From positions 248,001 to 312,000 of the forward strand of contig NMRA01000373.1 of the NCBI GenBank assembly GCA_002633005.1: a DNA stretch of 64,000 nucleotides. The letters are read 5' to 3'. The stretch comes from Phoronis australis. Its lineage: Eukaryota; Animalia; Phoronida. The notes below the pieces were generated by a model. The model did no database searches, was not told the DNA's origin, and saw only the letters and a list, made by a program, of their open reading frames with translations. Each line of letters starts with the position of its first letter. Positions within the stretch are counted from its first letter, which is position 1. The position numbers and the translations under genes were made by a program. This document shows, in pieces, positions 1 to 14,311 of this stretch.

Positions 1-712
1 ATTTTGATCAAGCCTGGAAATCAAGTCTGACTAACGGATGTCTAGGTTGAGCCCAGTTTTGAATTTGTAAGTGGTTTACAGTAGTCCAAATGTTATTTTT
101 GGACGGCTCTGTAATGGACATGAATATATCACACATTGCAGAATATTAAACAGAAAATCAAGGTTACGTTAAGACTAACTTAACATAGGGAATACGTCAA
201 TAATTTTGGAATCACTTGCAGTAACAGTGACGTGGGTTGAATGTGATGAATATCGTTATTGCGGTATGTTTAAGGGAATAACACCTGAACATTCTCATTA
301 CTAGTTTTTGCAACTGCAGATGATAAATTCGTGATTCATAGGCCTTTTGTGTTTGTCACCTAAGCTCCCTGACTCTCACCAGTTTTCACACTCTGGCGAA
401 ACAGGTCCTGTCTCAGATAATGTACATCAGAGTCAAAGTTGGCCGGCTGAGGTTAACCATTTAAATGTTCATGGAAAAGCGGTTTCAGTGAGCGGACCTC
501 AGCTGGTGGCCGGGATCAATTTTTTATCTGTAAGTGCATTTGTTCTTGTCGTACTTCTTGACTCAGTACACACACACTAAAAGACCATTAGAATGGTCTC
601 GGTCTTAGGAATGAAGCGAAAAATCATTTTCAGAGGCTGTTACTGTTCTAGGGCTGAAGAGGTAAGTTCCAACTCCAGAAAAATTCCTGAGAAAATGTAC
701 ACTGTATCTTAC

Positions 713-869
713 TTGTCAAATCCATCCACAGCGCGCCCCCTTCCGCCAACTCCACAGTAACATCCGTAAAACAAGAGTTTCCAAGTAGTAATGTTAGGTC
801 GGGCACATTTCAGAACCCGCAAGAACGTGAACGCTGAACGTTTGGATGTGTCGAGTGCTTTGTCATCAT
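713..869 (-). CDS. sPLA2 copy A coding exon 2 (propeptide, mature N-terminus, Ca loop)
   Basis: AG acceptor at 871-870, GT donor at 712-711; open frame with YGCYCGVGGRG. Confidence 0.92.
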
Positions 870-3800
870 CTAAACCAGTAACAGTAAAACTAGTTATACA
901 AGTGGAAAACCTTCAATAACTATGAAATTTACACCTTTGCCAAAATTACCAAACATGTTCGACAAAACGTCCAATTTTTCAAACATGGGTCACTGTTTAA
1001 CACGAACGTGATGGTCCATGTGTGTAAGCTATTGTTGGTTGCACGTTAAAGGACATCATTAGTTCACATTACGGCCGGAATACAGGATTCACTGGCCATT
1101 CACAAACGTGATTTTGTTCTTTTCATCAAAAGCCGTTCATATTTTTGCGAAAAGTGTTTGGGGGAATTAAATTGTGCATACACGTTTCTGGCCATAAAAA
1201 TGATAGTAATGTAACAATTTTCAATTATAGTCAGTGACCCGTGCATCTCGTACAGTCGCATGTATCGGTAGATGAATACGACGTCGTAATCCCGCGACGA
1301 TAGTTTCTCCGACGAGAGAATGATCCATGCGAAAATTTCAGTATGAACGAGTAAAATGCACGCGTAATCAGGCATTCTCGGCGAGAAAATTAATTCTATA
1401 GAAATTAGTAGGAGCCCGGAATCATTCTACTACCTCAGCAGTAGCAGCCGATCGCTTTACCGCTGAGTCAAACTACACCGCATTAAACAGCTGAGTATTT
1501 TAACCATATTTAAAGACACCGACCTTGATTTCAGCAAATGTCTGGCAGACAACGGTGAGAACTGGCAATTTATAGTAAAATCACAAAAAACAACGGATTT
1601 TGCTGTTTTATAGCTCAGACTGGTCAAAGCTAATGACTTCAGGAAAGTATTTTCTGTTGAACAGAAATACCCAAAAAGCTTTTCTCAGTCTCAAAAATCA
1701 CGGTTGATGCCCCTTTAAGAGCCCAAAATATGATGGTGCCGTTCCAAATCGTGTACCGTTACAATAAAAGTAAAATTAAAAATTAAATAAACCAGTATTA
1801 TACCACAATATTAGTGTTAAATGGCAGATACAACCGAGAATAACCCATAAAGTTATCTCACTAGTGAGATAACGATTTGGCGGGAAACCGAGGACAGAGT
1901 GGAACCGGGGACCTTGGAATAGCTGGTCGCCGACTTTCCCACTACACCATGCAGCGACTGACGTCAGAACACTTAAATGAGCACGCGCAATAATCGCATG
2001 TTCAACAAACCGCATTGTACTGTACTTATACGCTACGACACATAATTACCATAAAAATGATATCTTAATTCAGTGAAATTTTTCTCTCATGTACTCTTAC
2101 TTGTAAATCACCGATCTCCAGTTTGAATGCGGGTATCGTGTCGTCAGGATCTTTGACTTGAGAATTATATTCAGTTACCAGTGGTAACCTACTTTACTTT
2201 ACTCGTTGGTTTTGGAGAATTATCACCCTCGGGGCTAACGCCCCTCGGGCGATAATTCTCCAAAATCCACTCGGGCTCTAGATGACGGGGGATAACGACT
2301 TCGCCATGTAATAATCTATATTTATACCGCACTATCATAACCCATTTAGTTATTAAACGGATTTAGATGACATTTTGGCGGGAAACCGCTCGGCAAGAGT
2401 TTCGAGTCGTCAACTTTACCACTGCACAACTCAGCAGCTGACGCCATCGAACGTGAAAATAGAATACATGTACTTATAAGTGAGCACGCGCAATAATCAC
2501 TTGCTCAACAACGGGCATTGTATCGACATTTATACGCTATGAAAAATAAGACGCATAATTTCCAGAAAAAAAATATTTTAATTCAGTTAAATTCATCTCT
2601 CATTTTCTCTCACTTGTAAATCATCGATCTCCAATTTGAATGTGGGTACCGTGACGGTGGGATCCTTTGACTTGGGCATTGCACTCAGTAAGCANAGCTA
2701 TAATAGTTGGCAAACCTTAATTTATAAATTCAATTTATTTCTATTATATTTAAGTTTTCAATTGGTTTTGAGTAAAAGCATTATTTGACAAAAATAGCTC
2801 GGTTTTTCTTAAAAGGTCACGACCTCCGACCCCGGGCCTCTGACATAGAAAGTAGTTACAAAGCCGTGGAGAGTCAGAAAAGGTAGATCGATTCATTGCA
2901 ATGTTTCTCGTTTAGTATATGGTATAAATAGATTATTACATGTTCTCAGCCGTTATCCTCCTTATCTAGAGCCCTCGTTGGTTTTGGAGAATTATCACCC
3001 TCGGGGCTAACGCCCCTCTCCAAAATCCACTCGGGCTCTAGATGACGGGGGATAACGACTTCGCCATGTAATAACCTATATTTATACCGCACTATCATAA
3101 ACCATTTAGTTATTAAACGGATTTAGATGACATTTTGGCGGGAAACCGCTCGGCAAGAGTTTCGAGTCGTCAACTTTACCACTGCACAACTCAGCAGCTG
3201 ACGCCATCGAACGTGAAAATAGAATACATGTACTTATAAGTGAGCACGCGCAATAATCACTTGCTCAACAACGGGCATTGTATCGACATTTATACGCTAT
3301 GAAAAATAAGACGCATAATTTCCAGAAAAAAAATATTTTAATTCAGTTAAATTCATCTCTCATTTTCTCTCACTTGTAAATCATCGATCTCCAATTTGAA
3401 TGTGGGTACCGTGACGGTGGGATCCTTTGACTTGGGCATTGCACTCAGTAAGCAGTGGTAACTTACTTTAGCAGACGATATCTTCACGGTCGAAGCTTAG
3501 CGTGATAAAATGTGTAGTAAGCTAGACTAGTTACAAAAACTTAATTTATAGATTCACTTTATTTCTATTTTGTTTAAATGTTCAATTGGTTTTGAGTAAA
3601 AATAGTATTTTGACAAAAATAACTTGGCTTTTCTTAAAAGGTCACGACCTCTAACCCGGACCTCTGACATAAAAAGTAGTTACAAAGCCGAAGTGAGTCG
3701 AGAAAGGTAGATCAATTCTTTGCAATGTTTTTCCTTCAGTATGTGGTATAAATATATTATTACATGCTCTCAGTCGTTATCCCCCTTATCTAGATAACGA

Positions 3801-5567
3801 CTGGGAGCATGTAATACTCTTTATATATCCCACGGTCTCGGTCGATACGCGAAATAATGTAGAGTGGGATATTACTTCATCTACGCCAATCGAGGTACGT
3901 TTTGTATTTATCCCATACGCTTCCAATTACTAAGTTTCTTTCATTTTTTCGGCAGATTTTTTAAATACTTCACTCAGACTGTTCACGTGGGGGATCACAT
4001 CCTATATGTATGTACTTGCACGTTAGGTTGCAAGTTTTCACTAGTAAAAGAAACAGTTTTAAATGTCACGATTCATTACTTTAAAAGACATAACAAAGAT
4101 GACAACAACGGTAACTGTGCATCGAACTAGTAACATCTCCTGAAAATAGTCAAATAACAACAATATTTAATATTGTAGTTACCGAGGAATCGGCGCCTGA
4201 GTTGCAGACCATATAATATTTAGCAATTGAAAACTGAGGCACAACTGTCATATAATTAACAGTCCCTTTCCAGATGTCACGATTGGGACCTGATTGCAAG
4301 TTGAGTGTTATTTACACTGCTGCAAGTGTATTACTTTAAACTATTTTCCGAAAGTTTGATGATCGAACCGGCTAACGATGTCGAGCCAACATTGACCTAC
4401 ACTGTACCTTTTGAACTTTCCATGTCAGAGGTCAGTGGGGGAGTACTGGGGGAGATAAATACTGAAAACATTATTACATGGCCGTATTGCACTCGACTGA
4501 TTCAACGCGTATGGGATAAATTCAATAAGGATGAAACATAAATATCAACAAGTAAGTTCGCATAAAATACTACGTTAAAGCGGAAAGTTATCTGAAATTA
4601 TCTTAAACAATCCATCGCCTACTAAGCAGGTACTGAGTATCATATGGGCACGATTGCATAAACGTTATGCACTGGATGGTTATAATCACGTCTTAATTAC
4701 ACGTGATGTTGCTATTAGTGGAACAATGAACTTGACGAGATGCAAAAATAAAACTTATCTAGCGAGTAAGATTTCGCCAGAAGTTTTATGCAACCTGGAC
4801 TAGTACCACAGCAGAGCAAGATGACTCTTATATAAACTGGCTCCTGATTGGTCGAGTAACTTGATTATGTTGAGCCCCCCAGAAAGGTCACAAACTGTTT
4901 CTATCATCAGAAAAAAATCTCCTTGACTTTTAATGTTATCCGAGAATCGACAACACAGCGATAATCCCACTCGGATGTTTGTGTAGTCATATTTTGCATT
5001 TGATGACTCCAGCGTTAAAGCTTTAAATTTGAGACTAAACTCGAAATTTAGCGTCTGTAGCTAGAATCTAAGAATCATTAAGTGCGAATTTGGACTATGC
5101 ACTCATTTGAGTAATCCGAAATATACTCGAGTACAAAATAACAAACAATTAGCTTGAGAAAAGAAAACGCCAAGGACATTTTCAATTTCAATTTCGAGTA
5201 AAAAAGTTTAGACCCAGGCCCTAGCATGGTATTCAACTCACGTGACTTTCCAACCAAAAAAGTCAATCAGGAAGTCGACTGTATTTTCGGCTTGCACGAA
5301 GCCGACTGCGCGATGGACGCTGGAACGATGGTTTTGGAAACCCGGCCCAAATGTTTATGAGCGGAATTTCGTGTCTTAAGAGCTATTGTGATTTGAAAGC
5401 ATACACTGTGACTTGAAGAGCGTTTTTAAAACAGTGCTGAATTATAACATGAACAATAAAGGAAGATATTTACGATTCATTGCCCCCGTCGAATAGACGG
5501 CAGGGACGGCACACGCAAAGACGATCGCCAACAGTAGCAAACCAAGAGCCTTCATGGTTGAGTTCAT
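713..5567 (-). CDS. Secreted phospholipase A2 copy A, partial (coding exons 5567-5474 and 869-713; remaining exons lie beyond the left edge)
   Basis: Exon 1 MNSTMKALGLLLLAIVFACAVPAVYSTGAMN (signal peptide; donor C|gtaaat, phase 1). Exon 2 tttag|..DDKALDTSKR-SAFTFLRVLKCARPNITTWKLLFYGCYCGVGGRGRAVDGFD|gtaaga is 157 nt, the same length as in paralogues B and C, and contains the YGCYCG Ca-binding loop. Confidence 0.88.
1780..3800. repeat. Intronic tandem duplication: near-identical ~0.8 kb units (about 2203-2975 and 2975-3800) plus an older partial copy at about 1780-2190; contains a hairpin at about 2210-2263
   Basis: Direct repetition of cgttggttttggagaattatcaccctcggggctaacgcccctc and tttggcgggaaaccg...cttgtaaatca blocks; single n at 2695. 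Confidence 0.85.
5474..5567 (-). CDS. sPLA2 copy A coding exon 1 (signal peptide)
   Basis: Hydrophobic MKALGLLLLAIVFACAVPAVYS, homologous to 34096-34003; acceptor tag| at 5580-5578 just upstream of the ATG. Confidence 0.8.
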
Positions 5568-7462
5568 TTCTATTCACCTAAAAAAAAATTGTCAATTTTT
5601 AGTCATGATACAGACGAAGACCTACGCGCTCAAGCAGCTGCCTCCATTAGCAGTAAATTAAGCGCATATTTCACGTCACGTCGATGAAAATAAGACAACA
5701 ACTGAATGAAATATACTGATAGATTTCATCGGCCAGTTTCCCTTATTGATGGATAAACAGCATCTATCGTGCTTAGTTAGGTTACCTATCACTTGCAGCA
5801 GTTGGCTGAGCGCGTAGCTCGTCGTCTGCCTATGATTTAACTGTCTGCCCGCTCTACCACAGTTGCGATACAGCTTAAAATTGTTGAACATGAAATTTAC
5901 TGTTGACGAGCTGGCTACAGAGCTATAGAGGGCACTTTACCCAAGAATCATTTTGTTTCTAACTTTGGTTAGCAAAATATATTTTAGAACATAAAAAAGC
6001 CTTTGAGCGGGTTTCAGGACATGAGTTTATCTCAATGGCATGTATCTTCTTAACGGGCAACTGACTTTAGAAAAGACATGTAAAAGAGAAATAGATCTTG
6101 ATTTTGAACACTGACTACATGCACAATGACATAAAAACAGATGCAGTCGTGCACTTAACGAAAACGAGACACGGAAATCACTTCTGGATCTTATAAGCTA
6201 TAAACAATGACACAGCTGGACGCTTCACGACTTCAAACCATTAATATTGGTGGGCATGTTTTTAACGCATGAAGTTATAAATATAAAAATGTACATGATG
6301 CTGTAGCACGGTAACATCTTTTCACCAGGGCCATTCTTAGATCGCACACCAAGTCGTACCTGTACTGTACGCAACCCCTATGCGTAAACATTACTTTTGG
6401 TCTAGGAAATTTACCGCTACAAATCTGATCTTAAATTGTTTCTTACTCGGATTAGATAAGATTCGTGGACTTTTGAGGAACTGGTAGTTCTTTACAGCTT
6501 GAATAGGATGAGGCTCGATAATATGTCTTGTCACGGCGCGTCATTTTGTGCACATAGTCTCAAGTACTACCGAAATGTCAGTTCTGCTATAACCATGAAA
6601 TCATTCCTCATTTGAGTAAGACCACCGTGAATTATGTTCCATAGCTCATGAATTATATCTTCTAGAAACTACGACTGGACATGCCTCCTTTGATAAAACG
6701 AGCCTCTGGCGAACAGTTTGGCTCAATAGTACAACAAACCATGACATGTGAAACTATCAGGCAACCAAGTAAAAGGAAAAATTCTCTACCATGTAATGTA
6801 TTGCGTCAATGACGTCACAGGCTCTGTTTTCTCCCCAAGTTTTTGGGCGTGCATCTTTCACTCCACAATCTCCAGCAAAGTTCTCGGCACATCAAAAGCT
6901 TGATGGCGCAGTCGCTATTCATGTTCTTGACCGAATGTGTATTGGATGAGATAATTGCTGTCGTAACAACGCGCCTGCTATGCGTACGAGTTTCAAAGTC
7001 AAACATAAAAACCAAAAATAAAGAAGGCAAGCGATCAAAATGATTGGGTTTAAAATTGAAAAATAAACATAAGCCGTCTTTCGGCGTATCATTAAAGAAC
7101 TTAGCGAATAGGTTTTCTTCAGCAGCGCAGATGAGACACGTATTAATTAAGTGGTATGGAAGGACGGGTTAGTCGCAGTCTGGCTTATAGCTTTGGCATG
7201 ACAGAAGGCCAAATGATGGTGTAAGAGTTGTCTAACGTTCTACAATTTTTCTAAGACTCACCTTCAGTATCTCAAAATCAGCTCGAATGAATTTTTCAGA
7301 AATATTTTGAAAACTGTACAAAACGGTATACTCAATGTACTATTACCAAATTTTTCAATTACTATTCTGTTACTCATACGTGACAACCTTACATTAACAG
7401 TCAGCGAACTTAATTCTTTTTAATGTCAATCAACAAATGCATATGCCTAGCATATAACTCAC

Positions 7463-7570
7463 AAGATCCAGTCGATCTGGTCCCTCTGGAATACCAAGAT
7501 GCGAATGACGTTATCTGTTGTTGATTTCCTGCTTTACACCAAGTCGCCTTTTCGTGACAGCTATATCACG
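7463..7570 (-). promoter_or_regulatory. Putative non-coding first exon and core promoter of sPLA2 copy A
   Basis: Strong donor ctt|gtgagt at 7462; block conserved with 37726-37830 upstream of copy C. The ATG exon starts with an acceptor, so an upstream exon is expected. The TSS is inferred only. Confidence 0.5.
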
Positions 7571-9898
7571 AGCGTGACCATTACTACATTGTGCTGGAGG
7601 GCACGGGATGTAAATAAAACTACTCCTTTTCATGAGTCCCTAAAAAACTTAAAAGCTTTTTTTTTAAAATTTCTCCTGTGAAACTTTCAGAGCGAAAATT
7701 CCAACACAAGATGCTGCAGGTAAAAGCATGTTACACAGAACTAAAAGTCTTGAGACTTATAGGATAGAAGCTTGAAGGGCGAAACATGACTCGATCGGGA
7801 ACACAAGAACTACTGTTCATCCTCGGAGTCAAAAGTCCCGTTTACACTACAAAAGTTGACACGGATCAGCCGACACGGAACGATATGACCTGGCGCAAGC
7901 ATGTGTGTGTGTAAACAGAACTGACACAGAGAATATTGACACCACAGTGACAACTTTTGTCATCCGCTTGTGAGTTAGAGCAAGTTGCGCCAGATCATCT
8001 TGCTCCGTGTCAACTATACGCCTAAACGCGAAACTGGGGCTAGGTGAAATTGATCATCTCTATTGCGCTTTCGCAAAAACGCACATATACATACAGGTAT
8101 TCATTTTCGAGCAATTTCTACGGTTTTCCAGTCAGCTATTCGGTGCCTTGTACTTTAACCACGATTTATTTTGTCAGGAAATTGTGCGAATAGTACACAC
8201 AAATAACAGTCATGACTGGTTTCATTTCGTATTTGGTTATGTACAGTAGACCTACTGATGAAAACGTTAATCAGTTATAAAAATTCACAGTAACGAATTA
8301 CGTACACTGGGAGAGGGGGGAGGGAATAAAGGGATAACAAATCGCTTGGCCAATTTTGTGATGACCAAAGGACACCATTAAGAGCGGAACGGGATAGTGT
8401 CACAGTAATTACATCAAACTGGCAATAACGTTATACTCCATCTGGAGAAGATAACCATTATCGTCGCTAGAGAAGACGACACTGGCAAAATCGTAAGGAT
8501 TACAGTATTTGGCCGCGCTAAATCTATAAGATTTTCGGTAATTGTTTTAAATCTTTTTACGTACATGACTCACTTATCCCAATTCTGTACTGACGTTAGT
8601 GTCACAAAATACAATAATTGAAAAACACCTCACAAATGACAACTGAACCAAATGTATAGCACAAATCATAAATACATGTATATTCGTCAAATACCATTTA
8701 AATTTTTAATTTTAACTAACTCGAAGATAAAAATTAGGGTGAAAACAGTGCTTTCTGTACGCAAACACAACTTAAACTGGCCAACTGGTCGTGAATGAGT
8801 CGTTGCTATGGTAAAAATATTACCGAGAGTTCAGACGAATTCGTGCTCCGATCCCATAGCTAAAGGACTTGGGTGTCAAAACCTTAAAGAAACCTGATAG
8901 AAACAAGTCTGATGCAACCAAGGACCAACTTTCGTCAAAGGCTGAACTAAAGGGACACCATGAATTTGTAATCTTGCAACAATGTAATGGCAATGTCAAT
9001 TAAGATTCTTGCACCATACATGTAATGGCTGGACGTGCTTTTTGTCGCCCACTGCGAGTTAATACGAATCGGGTAACATATAGTATTCACCTACGCACGT
9101 CAATACGTCCGTACTTCCACACGTCACACAACGCGATCGTTGCCGCGAAATCTACAAAAGGACATGATTTCGTTCATGCTTTGTATTGACGTTTAGGTGG
9201 GACATCTCCAGGTTACAGTCGATTTTGATGACCTTGACATCATTTTCAAGGTCACAGCGAGAAAAAAATCAATTTTACTTAGAAAATGTTGTTGCCGCGA
9301 TGTCTCGTAAAAGAAGCTACAGATTTTGTTCACATTTTGTACGAAGTAGTAAGTGGGACATCTCCTAGAAAATGTTGTTACCACAATATCTCCTGGAAAA
9401 AGCTACCGTTTCTAATATTTTGTGGATCTACCATGGTGTAGGTGGGGCTTCTCCAGGTGCCAGTCGATTTTGGTGACACCATGACATCATTTTCAGAAAC
9501 TGATGCTTGCAACAGTCAAGTAGCCTCAGTTGGTGTCATGATGGAGCCGTAGACTCTTGATTAGAAAAGTATATGACTGTATGTATGGTAGAAGTGAGAT
9601 CACATAACACAAGTGATTGAAAGACTTATGAAAAAACAACGAAGTCACGAAAACCAGATTTATTTTGGTGGTTGATTTGACGTCAGAATATTTAGTGATG
9701 CAACTTCGGGTGAATTCCGTAGACACAAAACTCACGCGAAGAAAGCTGATGTGATCACATGCTTCGTCGCTTGTAAAACATGGCGATATTTCGAGAGGCG
9801 TTTTCGCGAGATCATCGCTTCTACGGAATGCAAGCGTGGTTTTCTATAAGTAGCAGTGGCTAATTTTTGTATATCATCCGACGCCACCTGGCGTTGGT

Positions 9899-10041
9899 TC
9901 AGCACCGGCTCTGGGGCCATCGCTGAAACCTTGGATTCCACCGTTGGTAACGAATGCACTGCGACATTTGGTAGTCACATCGGCACTTCATCACTCGACA
10001 ATGTCTTCTCCAATCCAATCGCCAGTATGCAGATATTGGTC
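9899..10041 (-). CDS. sPLA2 copy B last coding exon (C-terminal helix with catalytic Asp, CRCD)
   Basis: ttgtag| acceptor; 143 nt to TGA, the same length as in C and D. Confidence 0.85.
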
Positions 10042-12984
10042 CTACAAGGGAATATACATGTACACATACACATATACATGTTACGAAACAATACAGAGCG
10101 GGAGAAACCTGCACAATAAAGTACGGGCGTTCGTAATTACTTCCAGCACGCTCGGACGTTTTTTACAAAATACGTTGTGACCATGAACACCATTGATGAT
10201 TATACGTATACCACTTTCCGAGAAACCGTCTCTCGTCAGTCTGTAACATAATTCATTTACTCAGACCACATGCAGTATTAAACCAGAATGGTAGACCGCA
10301 ACGCTCTTTTCATTATCTTTCTTACTTTCAAATCACCCGTTCAGATTTCATTCTTCTTTCGATACAGTGCCCTTTTGTTGATGCCTCTCACGAATCACAA
10401 AAACGAAAGAAAAAAACAGTTTCCCAAAAATCCAAAGCTAGTGCAAATTTTCGTTCGAAGCAGCATTTTCGAAAAGTATTTTTTCAGACACCGCATTCAG
10501 AGAAGCTTCGTAAATGTTGTCAGAAAAAATAGCACCGCGATGGCATCAGTGGCGCTGATTCGAGATTGCAAATAGTCGCAGGCAGGAGCATCAAAAGTAT
10601 CTGCACGAGCCACTTAATCAACTACGACAGTAAAGTTTAGCTTTTCTGCAACATTGTGAACAGAGGATCATTCGGTAGATAAAGCTTGTGCCAAAACAGT
10701 GCAGAACAATGGCAAATAAAACTGCATTTTACTCTTTTAATTGGCTGAAAATGACATTCAGAATAGGCCTTTTACTCTCATAAAATCAGTCTCGTAGCAT
10801 TGTTTACCTTGATGGGATTCTATTTCAGTTAGTATCAACAGCATCGAAACCATTGGTGACTTAAAAATTGCTTAAGGTTTTCTCAAACCTTATTCAGTGG
10901 CCTCCTCTCTAACTTGTATATAAAAACTAGGGTATGTCACCTAGTGAAAGTATAGAATTTCTGAATGAAAAAGATCAGGGAATATAAAAATATGTTTTTT
11001 TTTATTTATGTGCCATTAATAGTATCACGTTGACACATTTTTGTTAAGTAAAAATTTCATTTTTAAGAAAGGTACATTCATAGCAAAATAACCCCTCGGT
11101 CGATTTTAATGAAACCATTTTTAAATGAAAATTTCACCAGTTACCTCAAAAACGCTATTAGAATTTTTTGATTAGTTTTTTAGTTTGGTTTCTATGACAA
11201 ATCAGCTCCCAAAACGTAAGGTATTTTTTGTAAAAAATAACAGTCGACTCTGTTACATTACTCAAAAACTAGGCTTTATATCGAAAATCCTAACAGCGTT
11301 TCTTCGAAATCCATCGAGCCGTTTTCGAGAACTCGTTTTCCTAAGCTCGAAGCCGAGAAAAAGCCGATTAAGCTGGGGACATGTGAAAATTTCAAGGTTT
11401 TCGGTTTATTATTCAGTGAAAACTTGTTTTCGGTCAATATAACCTATGCACCCCTTAGGCGTGTTCAATATTTTAACAATCTCGCGCAATGTCAACTGAA
11501 TTTGCAGTGCGTAGTTAACTTAATTATCACAAAAACGTTTAATTACCCAAGTCGATTTCCCATGCATCGAGTCCAACTAGGTCATGGGTGGAGCCAACAT
11601 ATTAAGTGGGTCAAGCTGGTGCATTGAGGTCCGCTTTAAAGTAGATCAACAGTTCAACATCACGCGCAGGGAGACTGATATGAAACCAAGTATGAAATGG
11701 ATAACACAAATCGAGTCGAGCGTTAAAGCACGTGAACCCTGTTGTAACTATTATCGATGGTAAGGCAAAGTTTTTAATTAGTAGTCGCTGTAACTAATTT
11801 TAACGCGATACTCTTCAACTGTGGGGCGTTGTAGCTACCACCTATGCAACTAATTACGTGCATTCAGCTTCCGGAATTTATGACACGATTTTGAAGAAGT
11901 TACTAGGGTTGACACTTAACAGGTTATACTGAAAAATATAGTGTTATCTGTTCAATCCTAACACCAGGTGGCATATGAAAATCAAAGGTTTACTCCCAGA
12001 CGTTTTGCAACTTTATTATGTAGTCTTCATCGTAAGATCACAATGTGTTAATTCAGTGTCTGCAAATGACGTCACATGACACGTCACAAGAGCGCTTAGG
12101 ACAACCACAGACTGAGACCTGTGACCTGTGATGTCTGCTTCAAGTGAATGATAACTGAAGTGACAGTTCACAACCATTTAATGAACAACTAGCCATTAGT
12201 TGATTGACGTGAGCCGTCAGTTCAGCTATCGTTACTTGAGGTAGACAGCTCAGGTAAAGCTCTCTGTGTGTGATTCCCCTGAACCATTGATCGCTTTGTC
12301 TCCCAGCTCTTATTCTGGTCTAAAGAACTCTGTATTTATTAGAAGCACGCAGTTAATCAAATCATACTTTTTACATTGTTTAAGATTTGTAGGAGCCTAA
12401 AAAAATGTCCAAAATTGACTAATTTTGAAGCATTACAGTTAAATCATATGGAACGTTCAGATACTGTGTTTTATGCACTGTTTTCCAAAAACACTTTAAG
12501 ATTTGCATTTCAATGTTCCAATCTTGCATGAGGGTAGTTAAGGCTTTCATGATTTTTTGAAAAAACAAGCAAAATCTACACGAAATGACAATCTAAAAAA
12601 CTTCAACAGCACCTTTGAGATTTCATATCGAACATTTATATCAATATAATTTGGTTGCGATATAGATACCGTTGGTTTGCTATCAGTGCACTTTTCTTGT
12701 TGCGAAGTTTTACGAAAAAGACATAGCCACGTGACAAAATTAATGGGAAACTATTAAAATGTCAAAAATCAAATTCTACAGGCTTTCTGCTTTTATAAAA
12801 TATCTACTTTCACTGGATAAAAATAATAATAATAATTCTGTAGACATTTGGCTAAACACATATGTTTATTGATATGGTCTAACATGACCTTTACCTTGGA
12901 AACATTTTTTTCTGCGCTGTTACTGCCGGTGATTGTCGTTGGTGGACAGTTTCTACAATCAAAGCGATACTGTAAACAACTTAC

Positions 12985-13112
12985 TGCACCCCATACGCCG
13001 TGCAATGCAGGAATATGTCTTGTATCCAAGAAAGTACAGACTCCACGAGGACATGCGACATCAGCGAGTGGCCAGAATCCCGTCGTAACAGCGGTCGTGT
13101 ATTCTGCAGCAA
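12985..13112 (-). CDS. sPLA2 copy B active-site exon (CCRIHDRCY), interrupted by TGA
   Basis: 128 nt, tag|...|gtaagt; the supplied ORF track reads this region in the wrong frame. Confidence 0.85.
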
Positions 13113-14311
13113 CTACAACGATGAATAGTAGAATTGCTGAATGTATGTGGCGAACGCAGTTGGATCTCCGTATTTCCCCAGATGAGCTATCCGGAGAGTG
13201 TTTACGATAATTCTGGCAGAGACAAGAACTGAGATACTTTCTATCATTTACAAGCATCGACAAGCCCAAAAGCCACCCCTAAACTTAACGAGGAATATGT
13301 TGAAAACAGTTTTGCATCGGTAAGGTGTTTACAGCAAAGAAACACAGAAGATTGGACCGAATAACACGAATATTGCGCACTGCGGAACATTTTTAAAACG
13401 AAATCAAGCCTACGCGAAGACGAACTTAAAAGGATGCTAAACCCTGTCTTTTTGTTGATTTCAACCAATCCTGTCGCCTTCTAATGCATCATTGGCATCC
13501 CACTTTGGAGATAAGATCTGGATTCAACTGAAGACTCATACTTTCTGTGTCACAGATAGGATATTACGGTTCTTGGAGGGTGATCTTTCCCTAGCTGTCC
13601 TGTACATGAGATAGCCTAAAGCGTAAGCCACGCTTACACGTTTAGCAGACTTCGTAAGGAGTTTTCAAATTTTGCTCTAAACTTTTGAGGGTTGTGAAAG
13701 TTACAGAGCATTATTTTGTTTCAGAGAACGTTTTTAATTTCTATTAATCGGCCAAAACCGGGTTTGGTATCCTTTTAACTTATACAGTTCTACAATATCT
13801 GGAAAATGTCAGTAATTTTGAAGTCACTTTCATGCAGTGACGTGACGTGAATGCGATGAAATACCTTTTCGCGGTACCTTTAAGGCAAAAATATTTAAAT
13901 ATGCTCGTACTACATGTATCTATAGTTATTGCAACGGGCAGATGATAACTTGTCATTCACAGGCCTTCGTCACCCAGTTTTCCTACTCAGACTAAACAGG
14001 TCCTCAGATTAATCAGTGTCAAACTTGACGGACTGACGTTCATTGAGGAAGACCTCGGACTCTTCATGAACTACTAGCAGTTCCATGAGCGGAGCTCAGC
14101 TGCTGGCAGGGAGCAGTTTTGTATCTGTAGGTGCGTTCGTTCCTGTTGCACCCCTTCACTCAGTACACACATAGGCCTACTAATAGTCCATTAGAATGAC
14201 CTCGGTGTTCGGAATGAAACGAAAAATCATTTTTAATCAGAGACTGTTACCGTTCCTAGCACTCATGTTAAGTCACAATTGCAGTACGAGAAAATGTACT
14301 CTGTATCTTAC

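Noticed and set aside
3870-4140. Possible alternative signal exon MLLVRCTVTVVVIFVMSFKVMN after a good acceptor, and a 15-bp inverted repeat 3906-3920/4507-4521
   Set aside because: Weak donor (gtgaca), no counterpart seen in the paralogues, downstream stops; may be chance.
9600-9898. SECIS element in the copy B 3' UTR
   Set aside because: ATGA..AAA..GA spacings inspected by eye do not fit the canonical stem; a dedicated search is needed to exclude it fully.
11990-12040. Possible Penelope-type hammerhead ribozyme remnants (also 33130-33185), minus strand
   Set aside because: The CUGANGA/GAAA core is mutated in both; too degenerate to call.
12793-13269. 158-aa minus ORF and 120-aa plus ORF
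   Set aside because: Wrong-frame and antisense readings across the real 128-nt sPLA2 exon.
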